DNA of 64,000 nucleotides from a virus, in IMG/VR virus record IMGVR_UViG_3300045131_002463, positions 34,050 through 98,049 of that record; one strand, written 5' to 3'. Below, one piece after another: positions 7,015 to 17,564 of this stretch. The notes under the pieces were generated by a model, which was not told the DNA's origin, made no database searches, and saw nothing but the letters and a program-made list of their open reading frames with translations. Within the stretch, counting starts at the first letter, position 1; every line of letters starts with the position of its first letter. Both the position numbers and the translations under genes were made by a program.

Positions 7015-9027
7015 TTAAAGCTTATTTATTACTATTTGTCTATGCGCCGGTACTTTATCTGTAACCTTAGCATCTTTTCTACTTCTTTTGTAGGAAGCAA
7101 TTTTATGTGTAAGTATGTGAACCACTGCTGCTCCAGAATCGACTACGTCCTTTGTCTTGGTTGGAATGTGATCGATACGCTGCTTTTTTGGATCATACTC
7201 TAAAAAAAGTAATTCGTCAATATAAATATCATGTTTCTGATGAATTATTCTACCTTCAATATAAGCGCTCTTTAGTTCCATAAAAGGAACTGGTGTAGTA
7301 ACCGTAGAAAGAGGGCCACTTCTTACTTTAAGTTTTCTTAAACCTTGAATAAAAGATACATTTTGATATGTATCCATTGTTACTATTTTCATATTTAAAA
7401 GGTCACATAAATAAAACATGAAACCCCTAAGCATGTCTACATCTATTTCTCCTCCTTGTGGGGGGCGAATCTGGAGCATTCCATCTATACAGATAACAGG
7501 CGCTTCCATATCTAAGACTTCTGTAAAGTCATTACGTTCCTTTGAATAAAAAGAAGTGGAGGGAAGACTTTTATATTCCTGTATATGTCCTACAGATAAT
7601 CCCACACAGTCTTTACTTATACCTAAATCCACATGCATAACAAAAGAAGCATCTTTATCAAAAGCTATTTGTTTTATATAGTCCTTATCTATTAATAAAT
7701 CCCATTCCCAAGGACCTACAAAATAATCATTTATAACAATTGATTCTTCTTTAAATAAAGAATGCCCGCTATAATATGATTCATACACCGTATAAGCATC
7801 TATTATGCTTTCTTTAAAGGGCATAAAAGCACGCCTGTGTCCCGTAGCTAATCCCGCGAAGTCTCTAAGAGCCGTTTCAATATCTCGTTCAAAATCAGAC
7901 CTGTATTCCTCAGGGACCTCTAAAATATCAGCTTCAGGTATAGCAAATTCTTTATCTTCTATAATCCTAGAGCTACGATCTAAAGTTCCTATTTCTACTA
8001 AGAACTTCTTACCTGAAAATCTATCTGGAGATAAGGTATCCCATATTGCATGCTTTACTACATATATTTGATCATCCCACTTAGCCTCTTCTATTTTTTT
8101 AGAAAGAAAATCTCCCGGATAATGTACAGCCGAATCCAAAATAAGGCATCCTGGTATTTTACCATAGGTCTGAAACCTACTCTTAAGTCTCTGGATTAAG
8201 TTAGTGTAAGCATTAGATGCTTGGTCGTAGGTTGTATCTTCTTGTCCTCTCATAGTTAACTGTTTACTGTTCTCAACTACAGAGAAATAATTAAGCTCTG
8301 ACATGACACCAGCATAAACATCTAGTCCTAGAGTTGCCATTTCGCTGCCCGATACGGGGAGAATGTAGATATTCTTAGGAAATTGTAACTCAGAGGTAAC
8401 ATGTTTATTGAAAGGAAAATTCTTAGTAAAGTAAGGACTAGATGAAAAGGCAGAAAGTAGTGGATCGAAAAGTATTTTCTTACTCAAGCGTAGAGATAGA
8501 GATTGCAATATCATAACAATAGAGGAACCTGGAGCCAATCCATATTGATATTGAGGATTGTGAAGCATACTTAGTTTATATAACATATACTCTATAAGTG
8601 CTCGAGATAGGTAGGATTTTCCCCAACCTGTTGCCCCTGTGAGTACAACCTCTCTAGTATTATCTATTCTTTCTATTATATTCTGTAATTCATACTTCAC
8701 TACAGGGCGCACTGAGCCTTTTTGGTCCATATATTCCTTACTTTCCAAAAATTCCTCAATGTCAACTAGCCTGCCCTTATACCCTTTTTCCTTATATAGA
8801 AAGGAACCATCATTTTCCTTTAGAGCCTGTATAAAATTTCTACAGAAGTTATTAAGATCATCTTTTAAAATATAAGCATCTGCACCATCAGAGATCTGTG
8901 GGCATGCTAACACCAACGCTTCTAACATAGACTCGTCTCTAGTAGAAAGCCTATTCTCTCTTAGAACATCAAATACCAATTCAAAGGCAGTGTTAAGGGG
9001 TATTACTTGTAAATTTTCTAATGCCAT
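7015..9027 (-). CDS. terL: terminase large subunit
   Basis: Walker A GATGWGKS; RNase H-like MHVDLGISKD; terminal DHIPTKTKDVVDS. Confidence 0.85.
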   Translation of the reverse strand: MALENLQVIPLNTAFELVFDVLRENRLSTRDESMLEALVLACPQISDGADAYILKDDLNNFCRNFIQALKENDGSFLYKEKGYKGRLVDIEEFLESKEYMDQKGSVRPVVKYELQNIIERIDNTREVVLTGATGWGKSYLSRALIEYMLYKLSMLHNPQYQYGLAPGSSIVMILQSLSLRLSKKILFDPLLSAFSSSPYFTKNFPFNKHVTSELQFPKNIYILPVSGSEMATLGLDVYAGVMSELNYFSVVENSKQLTMRGQEDTTYDQASNAYTNLIQRLKSRFQTYGKIPGCLILDSAVHYPGDFLSKKIEEAKWDDQIYVVKHAIWDTLSPDRFSGKKFLVEIGTLDRSSRIIEDKEFAIPEADILEVPEEYRSDFERDIETALRDFAGLATGHRRAFMPFKESIIDAYTVYESYYSGHSLFKEESIVINDYFVGPWEWDLLIDKDYIKQIAFDKDASFVMHVDLGISKDCVGLSVGHIQEYKSLPSTSFYSKERNDFTEVLDMEAPVICIDGMLQIRPPQGGEIDVDMLRGFMFYLCDLLNMKIVTMDTYQNVSFIQGLRKLKVRSGPLSTVTTPVPFMELKSAYIEGRIIHQKHDIYIDELLFLEYDPKKQRIDHIPTKTKDVVDSGAAVVHILTHKIASYKRSRKDAKVTDKVPAHRQIVINKL

Positions 9028-9033
9028 AAGTAT

Positions 9034-9735
9034 TTAAGAAGTGATTTTAACTACTTCTTTCTCTTCCTCTTTGGTAGTTATAGAATAACTACCGTCTTCA
9101 TCTAATTTTAATATTAAAGAACGTTCCTCTGCTAATGAAAGTAACTTATGGGTGGCCTGAATCATAGTTTCACCGTCATCTTTAAAGCCCTCTACTAGTC
9201 CCTTTAATTTTTCAGTAGTCTCGGCGGTAATTACGTTACTATCATCTAACTTTAGTTCTTGCTGTGCTTTCAGCAGGCTATGCAACATTTTATCTAATAT
9301 AGCAATATTATCAGTGGTCTTATCCATAGGAAGAGTTTTAGCTTCTATATCCATAAGCTTTAAAACTCTTTGAGTTTGCTGGTCTACTAACCAACTAAGC
9401 CTACCAAAGGCATCTACTTTAGATGTAAGTCCTCGCAATTTAGTTGCTAGTTGAGATGCAACTTTATTCTTCTGCGCTTCCTCAAGGACCATTAAAGCTT
9501 TATCATCTAGAACTTTAGTTCTAAACCTGACCAGATCAGGCAACAGATCCTGAAGAGTAGCTTTCTTCTTTACATTAAAAATAGTCTGACAAGTTCGAAT
9601 TATTTCACTATTAGTAACACCCTTCTTTAGCATCTCATGAAGTTTTACCAATTGCTTGTCATCTAATATAGATAACCAGCTATTAACAGGTATTGCTTCT
9701 TTTATTTTTGCTATTAAGAACTTGTCTTCTGCCAT
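9034..9735 (-). CDS. putative terminase small subunit
   Basis: Helical protein immediately upstream of TerL; positional inference only. Confidence 0.4.
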   Translation of the reverse strand: MAEDKFLIAKIKEAIPVNSWLSILDDKQLVKLHEMLKKGVTNSEIIRTCQTIFNVKKKATLQDLLPDLVRFRTKVLDDKALMVLEEAQKNKVASQLATKLRGLTSKVDAFGRLSWLVDQQTQRVLKLMDIEAKTLPMDKTTDNIAILDKMLHSLLKAQQELKLDDSNVITAETTEKLKGLVEGFKDDGETMIQATHKLLSLAEERSLILKLDEDGSYSITTKEEEKEVVKITS

Positions 9736-9739
9736 AATA

Positions 9740-10624
9740 TTACTCAGTTACTTCTTCTTCTATTGGATTTGCAGAAGGAAGATCTAAAAGACTATCAAGA
9801 TCCTGCTCCCCGTCGTCTATCTTCTCGAGCGTAGTTACATGCTCTTCTATATAAGATACAACATCCAGCTCTGCCAGCATGTGTTGCAACACCGAGCTTA
9901 CTTTGTAGCCTGAGGCAAAGATGTCTCTAAACTTATCCGTAGTTAAGGCTAGATACTCTTTATCCATAGTTACCCACAGATGCCTCTGACTTCCGTAATC
10001 AAGAATAAAGAAATTTGCAGGAACTGTATTTGAATATTTAAGCCACAGCTTTTCAATAATTTTAGCCAGCTGACTTACACTTCCCTGAACATTCTTAACT
10101 GCTTTATCATATTCCTTACGTGCCTCTTTAGGCAGCTGTGCTCTCCCTTGCTTTACTAAAGCGTCAAATTCATCCTCATCTGCGAAACCAAGTTCTTCAG
10201 CTAAATCTTCAAAAGGTATATCATGTTTATTTACTAGTTGGTCTATAAGTGCATTAAACTTCTCAGAATTAAGGGAGCCCCTAATTTTATTAAGGCGTAC
10301 CGTTTGAAGCATAAGCATTTTTTCATCAAATATTTCTGGAGATACAATAATACACGGTACTTCAGCATCGCCCGCAATCTTTACTGCCTCTAATCTGTGA
10401 TACCCATCACACACAACGTAGGAACCATCATCCATAGGAACTACTATAATAGGAGAAATAAAACCAACAGAATCTATATTGTCTGAAAGCATATTAAACG
10501 AGATGTCATCTAATTCATTTGGATTCCAAAGGTTGGGCACTATTAAGCCCACAGGTAAAGTAACTAGAGCACCATGTTCTACTTCTTTACCGTCGTGTAG
10601 TAATATTTTATTAGTCTCTTGCAT
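9740..10624 (-). CDS. ParB/Srx N-terminal domain protein
   Basis: PNLWNPN, GFISPIIV, VCDGYHRLEA, LNKIRG. Confidence 0.8.
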   Translation of the reverse strand: MQETNKILLHDGKEVEHGALVTLPVGLIVPNLWNPNELDDISFNMLSDNIDSVGFISPIIVVPMDDGSYVVCDGYHRLEAVKIAGDAEVPCIIVSPEIFDEKMLMLQTVRLNKIRGSLNSEKFNALIDQLVNKHDIPFEDLAEELGFADEDEFDALVKQGRAQLPKEARKEYDKAVKNVQGSVSQLAKIIEKLWLKYSNTVPANFFILDYGSQRHLWVTMDKEYLALTTDKFRDIFASGYKVSSVLQHMLAELDVVSYIEEHVTTLEKIDDGEQDLDSLLDLPSANPIEEEVTE

Positions 10625-10944
10625 TATAGATTATCTCCGTTTTTATTTTTGTCTAATTTAATTTTAGTTTGATACTCTATGAAACGTCTTACAGATAGTT
10701 TATTTCTTGTAACTTCACAATCATTACAAATATTTACTGCCTTTAGTCCTTTATCTATATAACCGCTCTCGGGGGCAATAGGTATTGCCTTTCTTAGAAT
10801 ATCGCAGAAACGAGTATGCATACGTGCTGATCTTTTTTTACAGTATACTAATTCTCCATCTGTCTCTACTTGTTTTAACCAATCTTCCGGATTTTGTGTT
10901 TTAATCTGCTTATATTTATAATCCGGCTTAGGGGTTTTTGCCAT
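10624..10944 (-). CDS. hypothetical Cys-containing protein
   Basis: Packed ORF with CxxC. Confidence 0.55.
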   Translation of the reverse strand: MAKTPKPDYKYKQIKTQNPEDWLKQVETDGELVYCKKRSARMHTRFCDILRKAIPIAPESGYIDKGLKAVNICNDCEVTRNKLSVRRFIEYQTKIKLDKNKNGDNL

Positions 10945-11713
10945 AGGGCATCCTTATTTCCGATATATCTTTTAATAAAGCCTCAGTATAAGGCTGTAAC
11001 GTCTCAACCCAAAGTTCTTCTAAATATTCATTTTGTGCTCCTAGCACCGATAATTTTGCATCTTCCCAGTAATTTTCATGTTCCATTTTTCTTACTATTT
11101 TATTTATTTCAAACAAATAAATTATATTTGATATGTTACTTGAATTATAAATAATTCTTAAAGAATTGTCAATATGTTTATAAAACCATGAATCTTTTCC
11201 TAAGAGGTACATAGGATTTATTTTAGTGGAAATAAGAATACGATCCTCTGGAAGAGCGTTATAAGAAAAATAATCTTCAGATATATCTAGTTCATCCATC
11301 TGTAAGTGTTTGATAGCTGCATATACTATTCTGTCTTCTACTGAACTAAAATTATGAGCGTTGTCTTTATTACGATCTGCCCAAGATTTAAATGAACGTA
11401 CCGTCTTAGTATTACTGTTATTAGACAACATTAAAAATAAAGATAACGCTCGTTTGTCTAAACAAGAATTACACATCCCAGAAATTATTTTCCATATACT
11501 ATTGTTTTCTAAATGAATTATCTCGGAAGGAAGCGCAGAAAAGTGGAAAGCAGACGCCTTCCACAATATTGACGAAAAAATATTATAAGAATTATTATAA
11601 AGAGAAATATACCTGTAGGCTAAATTTGCAGAGGACAAATCTCCTCTGCAAATACTGATATAAAGTATTGAAGTGTAAATACTTAAGTTTTCTGGAATAC
11701 GAAGGAAGATCAA
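10928..11713 (-). CDS. hypothetical protein
   Basis: Overlaps both neighbours, 261 aa. Confidence 0.6.
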   Translation of the reverse strand: MIFLRIPENLSIYTSILYISICRGDLSSANLAYRYISLYNNSYNIFSSILWKASAFHFSALPSEIIHLENNSIWKIISGMCNSCLDKRALSLFLMLSNNSNTKTVRSFKSWADRNKDNAHNFSSVEDRIVYAAIKHLQMDELDISEDYFSYNALPEDRILISTKINPMYLLGKDSWFYKHIDNSLRIIYNSSNISNIIYLFEINKIVRKMEHENYWEDAKLSVLGAQNEYLEELWVETLQPYTEALLKDISEIRMPYGKNP

Positions 11714-12498
11714 AAAAGTTCCTCAAATTCATCAGAGTCTTCTTTATTTTTAGTTACAGAAACCTCATCATCTTCCTCTTCCTCTTCTTCATGCGTAGAT
11801 ATGGTACCCTGAATTGATAATCTACGTCCATAAATACGTTCCAGATGCTCAATGTGATCCTCTAAAGTAGTCAATATAGGAACTATACCTTTAGATTCGC
11901 TCCATTCCTGACAAATGTTAGCGAAAGCTAGTGCTATATCTTCTGTATTTATAAGGCGGGCGCTCTCTTCTAAGGCGTCCTTTATAATAGCGTGCTCTAC
12001 CATTCCTAACTTCAAAGTGATAGTGGTTATAGTAGGAGTGTCATCTATAACAGAGGACTTATCTCTCTGTGAGTCTTTTTCTGTTTTTACTTTAAAGTTT
12101 AGTTCTTTGGCTGTAGAATTTTCAGCTATCTCTATCCACTCTTCAGCATTACTCTGGTCCACTACTCTAATTAGTTCTTTAGCTTTTGTCCATCCTAGTC
12201 TCTCTAACCTATCCATATCCATATTAAGCATAAGAGCTTTATTATAGATCTCTACTAGGTACATAGCTTTTCTATAGTTAAATTGTAATTCTGAATCAAT
12301 ATAGTTTTCAAAATTAGGGAAATCCCATACCTGATATACATTTTGTGTGTATATGTCATATAAACATTTAGCTAACTTCATATACCCTATTTCAACCATG
12401 TCTTTAGCTCTAATAGCTTCTTCCCTCAAAGAAGAAGCGTTCGACAGAATAGAAGATACTTCTGAATTACTTCTTTCCACTAATGTAGTTGATGCCAT
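11710..12498 (-). CDS. putative HTH DNA-binding protein with acidic tail
   Basis: YQVWDFPNFENYIDSELQFNYRKAMYL...LGWTKA, DUF3102-like pattern. Confidence 0.55.
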   Translation of the reverse strand: MASTTLVERSNSEVSSILSNASSLREEAIRAKDMVEIGYMKLAKCLYDIYTQNVYQVWDFPNFENYIDSELQFNYRKAMYLVEIYNKALMLNMDMDRLERLGWTKAKELIRVVDQSNAEEWIEIAENSTAKELNFKVKTEKDSQRDKSSVIDDTPTITTITLKLGMVEHAIIKDALEESARLINTEDIALAFANICQEWSESKGIVPILTTLEDHIEHLERIYGRRLSIQGTISTHEEEEEEDDEVSVTKNKEDSDEFEELF

Positions 12499-12509
12499 TT
12501 TATTTCTCC

Positions 12510-14087
12510 TTAGTCTTTCCTAATTAAACTTAAATTTGTTTTTTTCTTGACAGGGTCTTCTAAATTCTCTTCGCTGTTTGATACCGGTCTGGCTCTATTC
12601 TTCATCCATTCTTTTATCCTAACCATATCCTCGCTTTCTATATTATTTTGTGGGTTTGTCTCAGAAATAGACTTTAATATATGTCTATTCTCCAATTCTA
12701 CTCCTTCATAAAAAGAATTAAATAGTGCGTCTTCTATAGTAGCTTCTATTTCTGCCCCAGTAAAGTTTTCTGAATTTTTTGAAAGCAAAGCTAGGTCATA
12801 GTTAGACGCATCTCTTTTTCTTCTTTCTATATGTATCTTATATATAGACTGCCTTTCTTCAAAGGTAGGGAGTTCAACTGCCCATATTTCATCTAAGCGG
12901 CCTTTTCTGTATACCATAGAAGGCATCATGTCTGGATCATTAGCTGTAAATATCATAAATACAGGGCTCTTAGTTTCTTGCCTCCAGGTAAGTAAGGTAG
13001 ATAACACTCTGGCAGTAACTCCTGAGTCTGTTTTCCCGCTAGATTCCATACCAGCAAAAGCTTTATCTGCTTCATCTAGGAGTACAACTGCAGGTGCTAT
13101 GGCCTCTATAACATCTAACGCTCTTCTTATTTTAGATTCGCTGTCCCCGACGAATTTAGAAAATACACTACTTATGTCTAGTCTCAATAATGGCAACTCT
13201 AAAAAAGAAGCTATAGATTTTCCTATGTGAGACTTTCCTGTACCCGGTAAGCCAAGTAATAATATACCTTTAGGAGAATTTAATCCATATTCTTTAGCAG
13301 TATCTCCGAAAGCTGTTTTTCTCTTATCTAACCATTCTTTTAAAGAACCAAAACCTCCTACATCTTCTAATGTAATATCTGTATCTATACACTCTAGAAC
13401 CTCAGATTTTTTAACATGCTGTTCTTTTTGTGATTGGATAATTTTATAATTGGGTTCTTCGGTGAGACTAACCGCAAGCGCTATTGCGTTTTCAGCTGAA
13501 AACAAATCTAATCCCAGGGCAGAAGTAGCCGCTTTACTTATTAATTTTTTCTTTTCTTTCTTATTCTTTTTACCAAATAAAATATGAGGCTCCCATTCCT
13601 TCATCAACTTAGCATAAAGCTCTTCAATTTCTTCTTTAGTAGGAAGAGGGAAATCACAATATGTAACTATATTATATAACTCAGGAGGTAGATCTAAATA
13701 AGCGCCAACAAATATAATAGTAGAAAAGTTACGTTTAGCGATATAGGCGGCGTCTATTATAGACTGTATTACATTGGCTTCTTTAAGTAGACCTCTAATA
13801 TGATAGAAAACTCCTATAGTCTTAGAGTTCTGTGCAACGTGATTTAAAGCGGGTATAAAATCTTTTATAGGCCTATCTTTGGTAGACGGAACTAATTCTT
13901 TTATCCACGCTCCTCTTTCATACCGTTGTGCACCAGACGTAACTTTCCAGATACATAACTCTCTGTCTATAAAGTTTAAGTCAACCATAGTAGATATAAT
14001 ATGTTTTTCTGCTTTTACATCTTCCACCGTTGGCATAAATAGACAGGGATTAGAACTAGCTAAATAATTTTTAAGCTTTGGGACCAT
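12510..14087 (-). CDS. AAA+ ATPase (Ycf46/SpoVK-like)
   Basis: DVGG, GLPGTGKS, VLLDEADK, TAND, RKGRLDE, FTGAEIE. Confidence 0.88.
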   Translation of the reverse strand: MVPKLKNYLASSNPCLFMPTVEDVKAEKHIISTMVDLNFIDRELCIWKVTSGAQRYERGAWIKELVPSTKDRPIKDFIPALNHVAQNSKTIGVFYHIRGLLKEANVIQSIIDAAYIAKRNFSTIIFVGAYLDLPPELYNIVTYCDFPLPTKEEIEELYAKLMKEWEPHILFGKKNKKEKKKLISKAATSALGLDLFSAENAIALAVSLTEEPNYKIIQSQKEQHVKKSEVLECIDTDITLEDVGGFGSLKEWLDKRKTAFGDTAKEYGLNSPKGILLLGLPGTGKSHIGKSIASFLELPLLRLDISSVFSKFVGDSESKIRRALDVIEAIAPAVVLLDEADKAFAGMESSGKTDSGVTARVLSTLLTWRQETKSPVFMIFTANDPDMMPSMVYRKGRLDEIWAVELPTFEERQSIYKIHIERRKRDASNYDLALLSKNSENFTGAEIEATIEDALFNSFYEGVELENRHILKSISETNPQNNIESEDMVRIKEWMKNRARPVSNSEENLEDPVKKKTNLSLIRKD

Positions 14088-14637
14088 GTAAGCCTCTCAC
14101 CTTTAGGATACATTCTTTTTCTGAAGTAGTCGCTATTGTAGTAAGTTTACTACCTATTTCCAGGTACTTCAACCCAAACATAGTTAACGCATAAGCATCA
14201 GCCTCATCTGAGTTTTTAAATTCCTTATGATATTTTTTATAAAGAGCTAATTTAATATCCTCCTTCTTAGCATTTCCCTTTCCCGTAATAAACTTTTTTA
14301 ATACAGTAGGAGGAACATCAATATAAAACCTCTCTCTGTTAGTTAGATCATATTTGATTATTCCTCCTAATTCTATTAAATTGGACATTGAACTGGACTT
14401 CCCAAAGGAACCAAAAGAATATCCTTCTATAAAGTAAATTGCGGCAGGGACTATAAAATGATCTATCTCAGTTATCCTATCAAGAATAATTCTATAGCGT
14501 TGCATATAAGAATTCTTATTAGAAGTCTTTATACTCTCAGTAATAATAGTATCACCCGGAATAGAGTATACGCTAACTCCTGTGGAGGTAAGAGAAAGAT
14601 CTAAACCGATAATAAGTTGTGTATCTTCAGTAATCAT
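14071..14637 (-). CDS. ruvC: RuvC-like Holliday junction resolvase
   Basis: GLDLSLTSTG, IEGY, PTVLKKFITGKGNAKK, DEADA. Confidence 0.85.
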   Translation of the reverse strand: MITEDTQLIIGLDLSLTSTGVSVYSIPGDTIITESIKTSNKNSYMQRYRIILDRITEIDHFIVPAAIYFIEGYSFGSFGKSSSMSNLIELGGIIKYDLTNRERFYIDVPPTVLKKFITGKGNAKKEDIKLALYKKYHKEFKNSDEADAYALTMFGLKYLEIGSKLTTIATTSEKECILKVRGLHGPKA

Positions 14638-14643
14638 TTTCTA

Positions 14644-14672
14644 TCTATACCACATTTTTAAAAGCTTGTCAA
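14644..14672 (-). promoter_or_regulatory. sigma70 promoter, likely leaderless ruvC mRNA
   Basis: TTGACAAGCTTTTAAAAATGTGGTATAGA, nearly identical to 4619-4647. Confidence 0.75.
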
Positions 14673-15541
14673 GCTTTTTCTTTCTGCATCTTACAAAAAT
14701 TTAATACGGGACAATTTTTTGCAAGATATGTTGAGTAACCAGAGTCATAGCAAGATGCTATCCTAGGTGGGAGTATGTTCTCTGTGTACCCCTTTTTAAA
14801 CTCCGTTAATTTGTTGAAAATATCTCTAAGTATAACTTTGTCATGTTTTACTAGAAAGGTTTTAACTGGAGAGGTCTTCATCTTGAATCCCTTAGAAATA
14901 TACATTATATACCCATATTTAGAATCAAAAGAAATATGTTTAGCTAAACGATCTTTTCCTATTCCCCACATATATGTTTGTATCTGCCAGAGGTGTTCAA
15001 TAAGGGGGGCCTTTAATTTATCGAATCCAACCGTATCTATTGTCTTTAATTCCAATACTCTAAAATTGTTTTCTGGCTTTTCTACGAACATATCGGGATG
15101 GCCCGTAACAAATAATGGCTTTTCCATTTTTAATGAATACTCGGTATACTCAAAGGCTTTAGGATTTGCGCCGCACACTGGACACTTTTCTTTAACTTTC
15201 TTTGTAAAAGGTGTCATATAATCGCATGCTCTACACCTCCAGAAACCACTTCTTAAATCATCAGATATAAAAGATTTAGTATTTTGGGCCCAAAAATGTA
15301 CGGAATTTCCTATATCAAAGACTACTGTGTTAGAAAATTTTACATATTCCTTTTCTTCTATTTTACATTTATTAATTAAAACAAGCTGCCTCATACAATC
15401 TTTGTATAGAGAAGAAGCGCGAGGATATCTAGGTAGTATCTTAGTATGTAACTTACTTTTTACTGATACAAAATCTCGTGTTATTAGCTCGGGATCCCCT
15501 GATTTTTCATTCGAAGTGAGGGTCACTGTATTCAAACTCAC
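14669..15541 (-). CDS. Cas4/RecB-like PD-(D/E)XK exonuclease
   Basis: N-terminal Cys, GNSVH, GHPD, ELKT, QIQTY, C-terminal Cys cluster. Confidence 0.75.
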   Translation of the reverse strand: MSLNTVTLTSNEKSGDPELITRDFVSVKSKLHTKILPRYPRASSLYKDCMRQLVLINKCKIEEKEYVKFSNTVVFDIGNSVHFWAQNTKSFISDDLRSGFWRCRACDYMTPFTKKVKEKCPVCGANPKAFEYTEYSLKMEKPLFVTGHPDMFVEKPENNFRVLELKTIDTVGFDKLKAPLIEHLWQIQTYMWGIGKDRLAKHISFDSKYGYIMYISKGFKMKTSPVKTFLVKHDKVILRDIFNKLTEFKKGYTENILPPRIASCYDSGYSTYLAKNCPVLNFCKMQKEKA

Positions 15542-16025
15542 TTCGCATCGTCCACGGTATAAATATAAAATTTACGTCAGGATATGCTAATTTAAATTCT
15601 GTCAATTTAGTTTTACCTCTAATAGCAAACTCCCCCTTGACCTCTAGGAAACAGTCATAAGGGGGAGGAATATAGAAATCAGGTGTATAAGTGTATTTGC
15701 CTATGGAAAAACAATAAGGTTCATATAAAAAATCAATTGCAATCGATTGCAAATATTCCGCCACTCTTCCCTCAAACTCAGACCTAAAATATTTATCAAG
15801 TTTGTTTGAATAAAACATACAGGCAGAACAATTTACATCAGATATCTCCGGAGCGTCATATCTCCAGTCAGGATTTATAACTCCCTCATCTTTATAGCAA
15901 CTTTTTATTTTATTTACTAAACATTCTTTACTACAGAAAAAATCGAGACCACTATGCTGGTATTTCCAATCTTTCTGTGCTACTACTATTGTTTTTTTGC
16001 AACTGGCGCAGAGTCTTCTGGGCAC
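15507..16025 (-). CDS. PD-(D/E)XK endonuclease with N-terminal Zn finger
   Basis: CxxC...FCSKEC; FRSEFE, YTPDF, LEVKG. Confidence 0.7.
   Translation of the reverse strand: MPRRLCASCKKTIVVAQKDWKYQHSGLDFFCSKECLVNKIKSCYKDEGVINPDWRYDAPEISDVNCSACMFYSNKLDKYFRSEFEGRVAEYLQSIAIDFLYEPYCFSIGKYTYTPDFYIPPPYDCFLEVKGEFAIRGKTKLTEFKLAYPDVNFIFIPWTMRSEFEYSDPHFE
15737..15752. promoter_or_regulatory. palindromic site copy 3 (intragenic)
   Basis: TTGCAATCGATTGCAA perfect palindrome. Confidence 0.45.
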
Positions 16026-17179
16026 GCCTTTACCTCTTTAGGCACGGATTTAATCGCGCCTTCTTTTTTAATAATTTTATCTTTTATATGGTTTATCAGT
16101 TGTATTTGTGTTTCAAAATATAAATCCTTGTTTTTCTTCCACATTTCAACAAAGTCTTTCTGAGATCCACTACTTTTACCCATTGTATATTTAGTGGTCC
16201 CTTTTGTCATTAAACCATGATTAAGAAGCTCTGTTATAACTAACTTATGATCTATAATATCCCCCCTAGAAAACTCTAGCTCAGGGATATCTGCGGTTAC
16301 TCTTATAAATTCTCCAGATTCAGAGAGTTTTAAGGATTTAAATTTTTCAATATAAAAGGAATGCTTCTGCGCCATATGCAGATCTTTTTCTTTATCGTAA
16401 TACTTCTCTTTATCCTGGAGTGCTTTTTTTGAGATATGGATAGTAAGAGCAGAAAAAAAGCGTATAGCGTAGCCCCCCGGCTGTGTTGTAGAGGGACCAT
16501 AGAACACTCCTATATTAGCACGAAGTTGATTAGTAAGAAGTACTAAACAGGGGTGGCCTCTTTTGTACTCTTTACTTAACCTACTATTAACCTTATTAAT
16601 TAGATTGGTTACAAGTTTTGCTTGGTTCCCTATAACTTTGTCATCAAGAGAAGAGTCCATCATATCAGATGGAAATAGAGCCGCCACGGAATCTAATATA
16701 ACTAAACCGCAATCGTCAGCCCTTAATGAATAATCTATGATGTCTCCATACTGGTTACCGGCATCACTCACATTTAAATAGTAATCTTCAGGATTACACC
16801 CAATACTTTGTGCCCAAAACTTATTGAAGGTACCTTCTACATCACACCATACAGATTTCATCCTTATTGATGGAAGAGAACACTCACATTGACTTAAAGG
16901 CTTAAAACATCTCCAGCATATTTTTGCTACTTTTGCCATAGCAGACATAAGTAAAGAAGTCTTACCTCCATGTTCTGGGCCCTTAACTAGAGAGTATTGG
17001 TGTATAGGAAAGCCGCCCCCCGTAGCATAATCAAAAGTAAATATACCTGTAGGTAATCTCTGTGCATCGTCTAAAGCTTCAGTTCCTTGTATACAAGATC
17101 TATCGCCGTATCTTTGATTTAAAGATGAGGATATAGCAGAAAGGTTTGCTATTTTTGCAATATCTTTAAGATCAGCCAT
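15986..17179 (-). CDS. recA: RecA recombinase
   Basis: PTGIFTFDYATGGGFP, GPEHGGKT, VILDSVAAL, TNQLR, PGGYA. Confidence 0.9.
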   Translation of the reverse strand: MADLKDIAKIANLSAISSSLNQRYGDRSCIQGTEALDDAQRLPTGIFTFDYATGGGFPIHQYSLVKGPEHGGKTSLLMSAMAKVAKICWRCFKPLSQCECSLPSIRMKSVWCDVEGTFNKFWAQSIGCNPEDYYLNVSDAGNQYGDIIDYSLRADDCGLVILDSVAALFPSDMMDSSLDDKVIGNQAKLVTNLINKVNSRLSKEYKRGHPCLVLLTNQLRANIGVFYGPSTTQPGGYAIRFFSALTIHISKKALQDKEKYYDKEKDLHMAQKHSFYIEKFKSLKLSESGEFIRVTADIPELEFSRGDIIDHKLVITELLNHGLMTKGTTKYTMGKSSGSQKDFVEMWKKNKDLYFETQIQLINHIKDKIIKKEGAIKSVPKEVKACPEDSAPVAKKQ

Positions 17180-17564
17180 TATTCACCAATCCCATATGCG
17201 TTAATTTTCTTTCCATTATCTTATCAACCAGATCACTAGTCTGCTTATAAACGCTTCCTATTTCCTCAGTATAACAAGGGATACTTAAATCTATAGCTAC
17301 GGTAATATTTCCTTCGTTTGGTCCCAAGGGTATATGTCTCTTAGCATGAACTGTAACCCTGGCTGGGGTTGTTACAAAAGGTCTTATCTTAATTATTTTA
17401 GGTTCTTGTGTTTGTTTACCTACTACGGTTTGCGTTACTTCCAAGTATCCTTCTTCAGAAATACTCTCAGCGGCAGGAGGTATTTGATCTATAGCTACTA
17501 CCTTTTCTTCTGGTGCAGCGACTTCTTTGTCAATTTTTTTAATTGCTGGTTTTGCTTTTTTCAT
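17172..17564 (-). CDS. hypothetical protein
   Basis: Packed ORF. Confidence 0.6.
   Translation of the reverse strand: MKKAKPAIKKIDKEVAAPEEKVVAIDQIPPAAESISEEGYLEVTQTVVGKQTQEPKIIKIRPFVTTPARVTVHAKRHIPLGPNEGNITVAIDLSIPCYTEEIGSVYKQTSDLVDKIMERKLTHMGLVNNG

Noticed and set aside
14669-15541. CRISPR-Cas system based on the Cas4-like gene
   Set aside because: Stand-alone Cas4/RecB-like nucleases are common in phage recombination modules; no cas1/cas2 or array.
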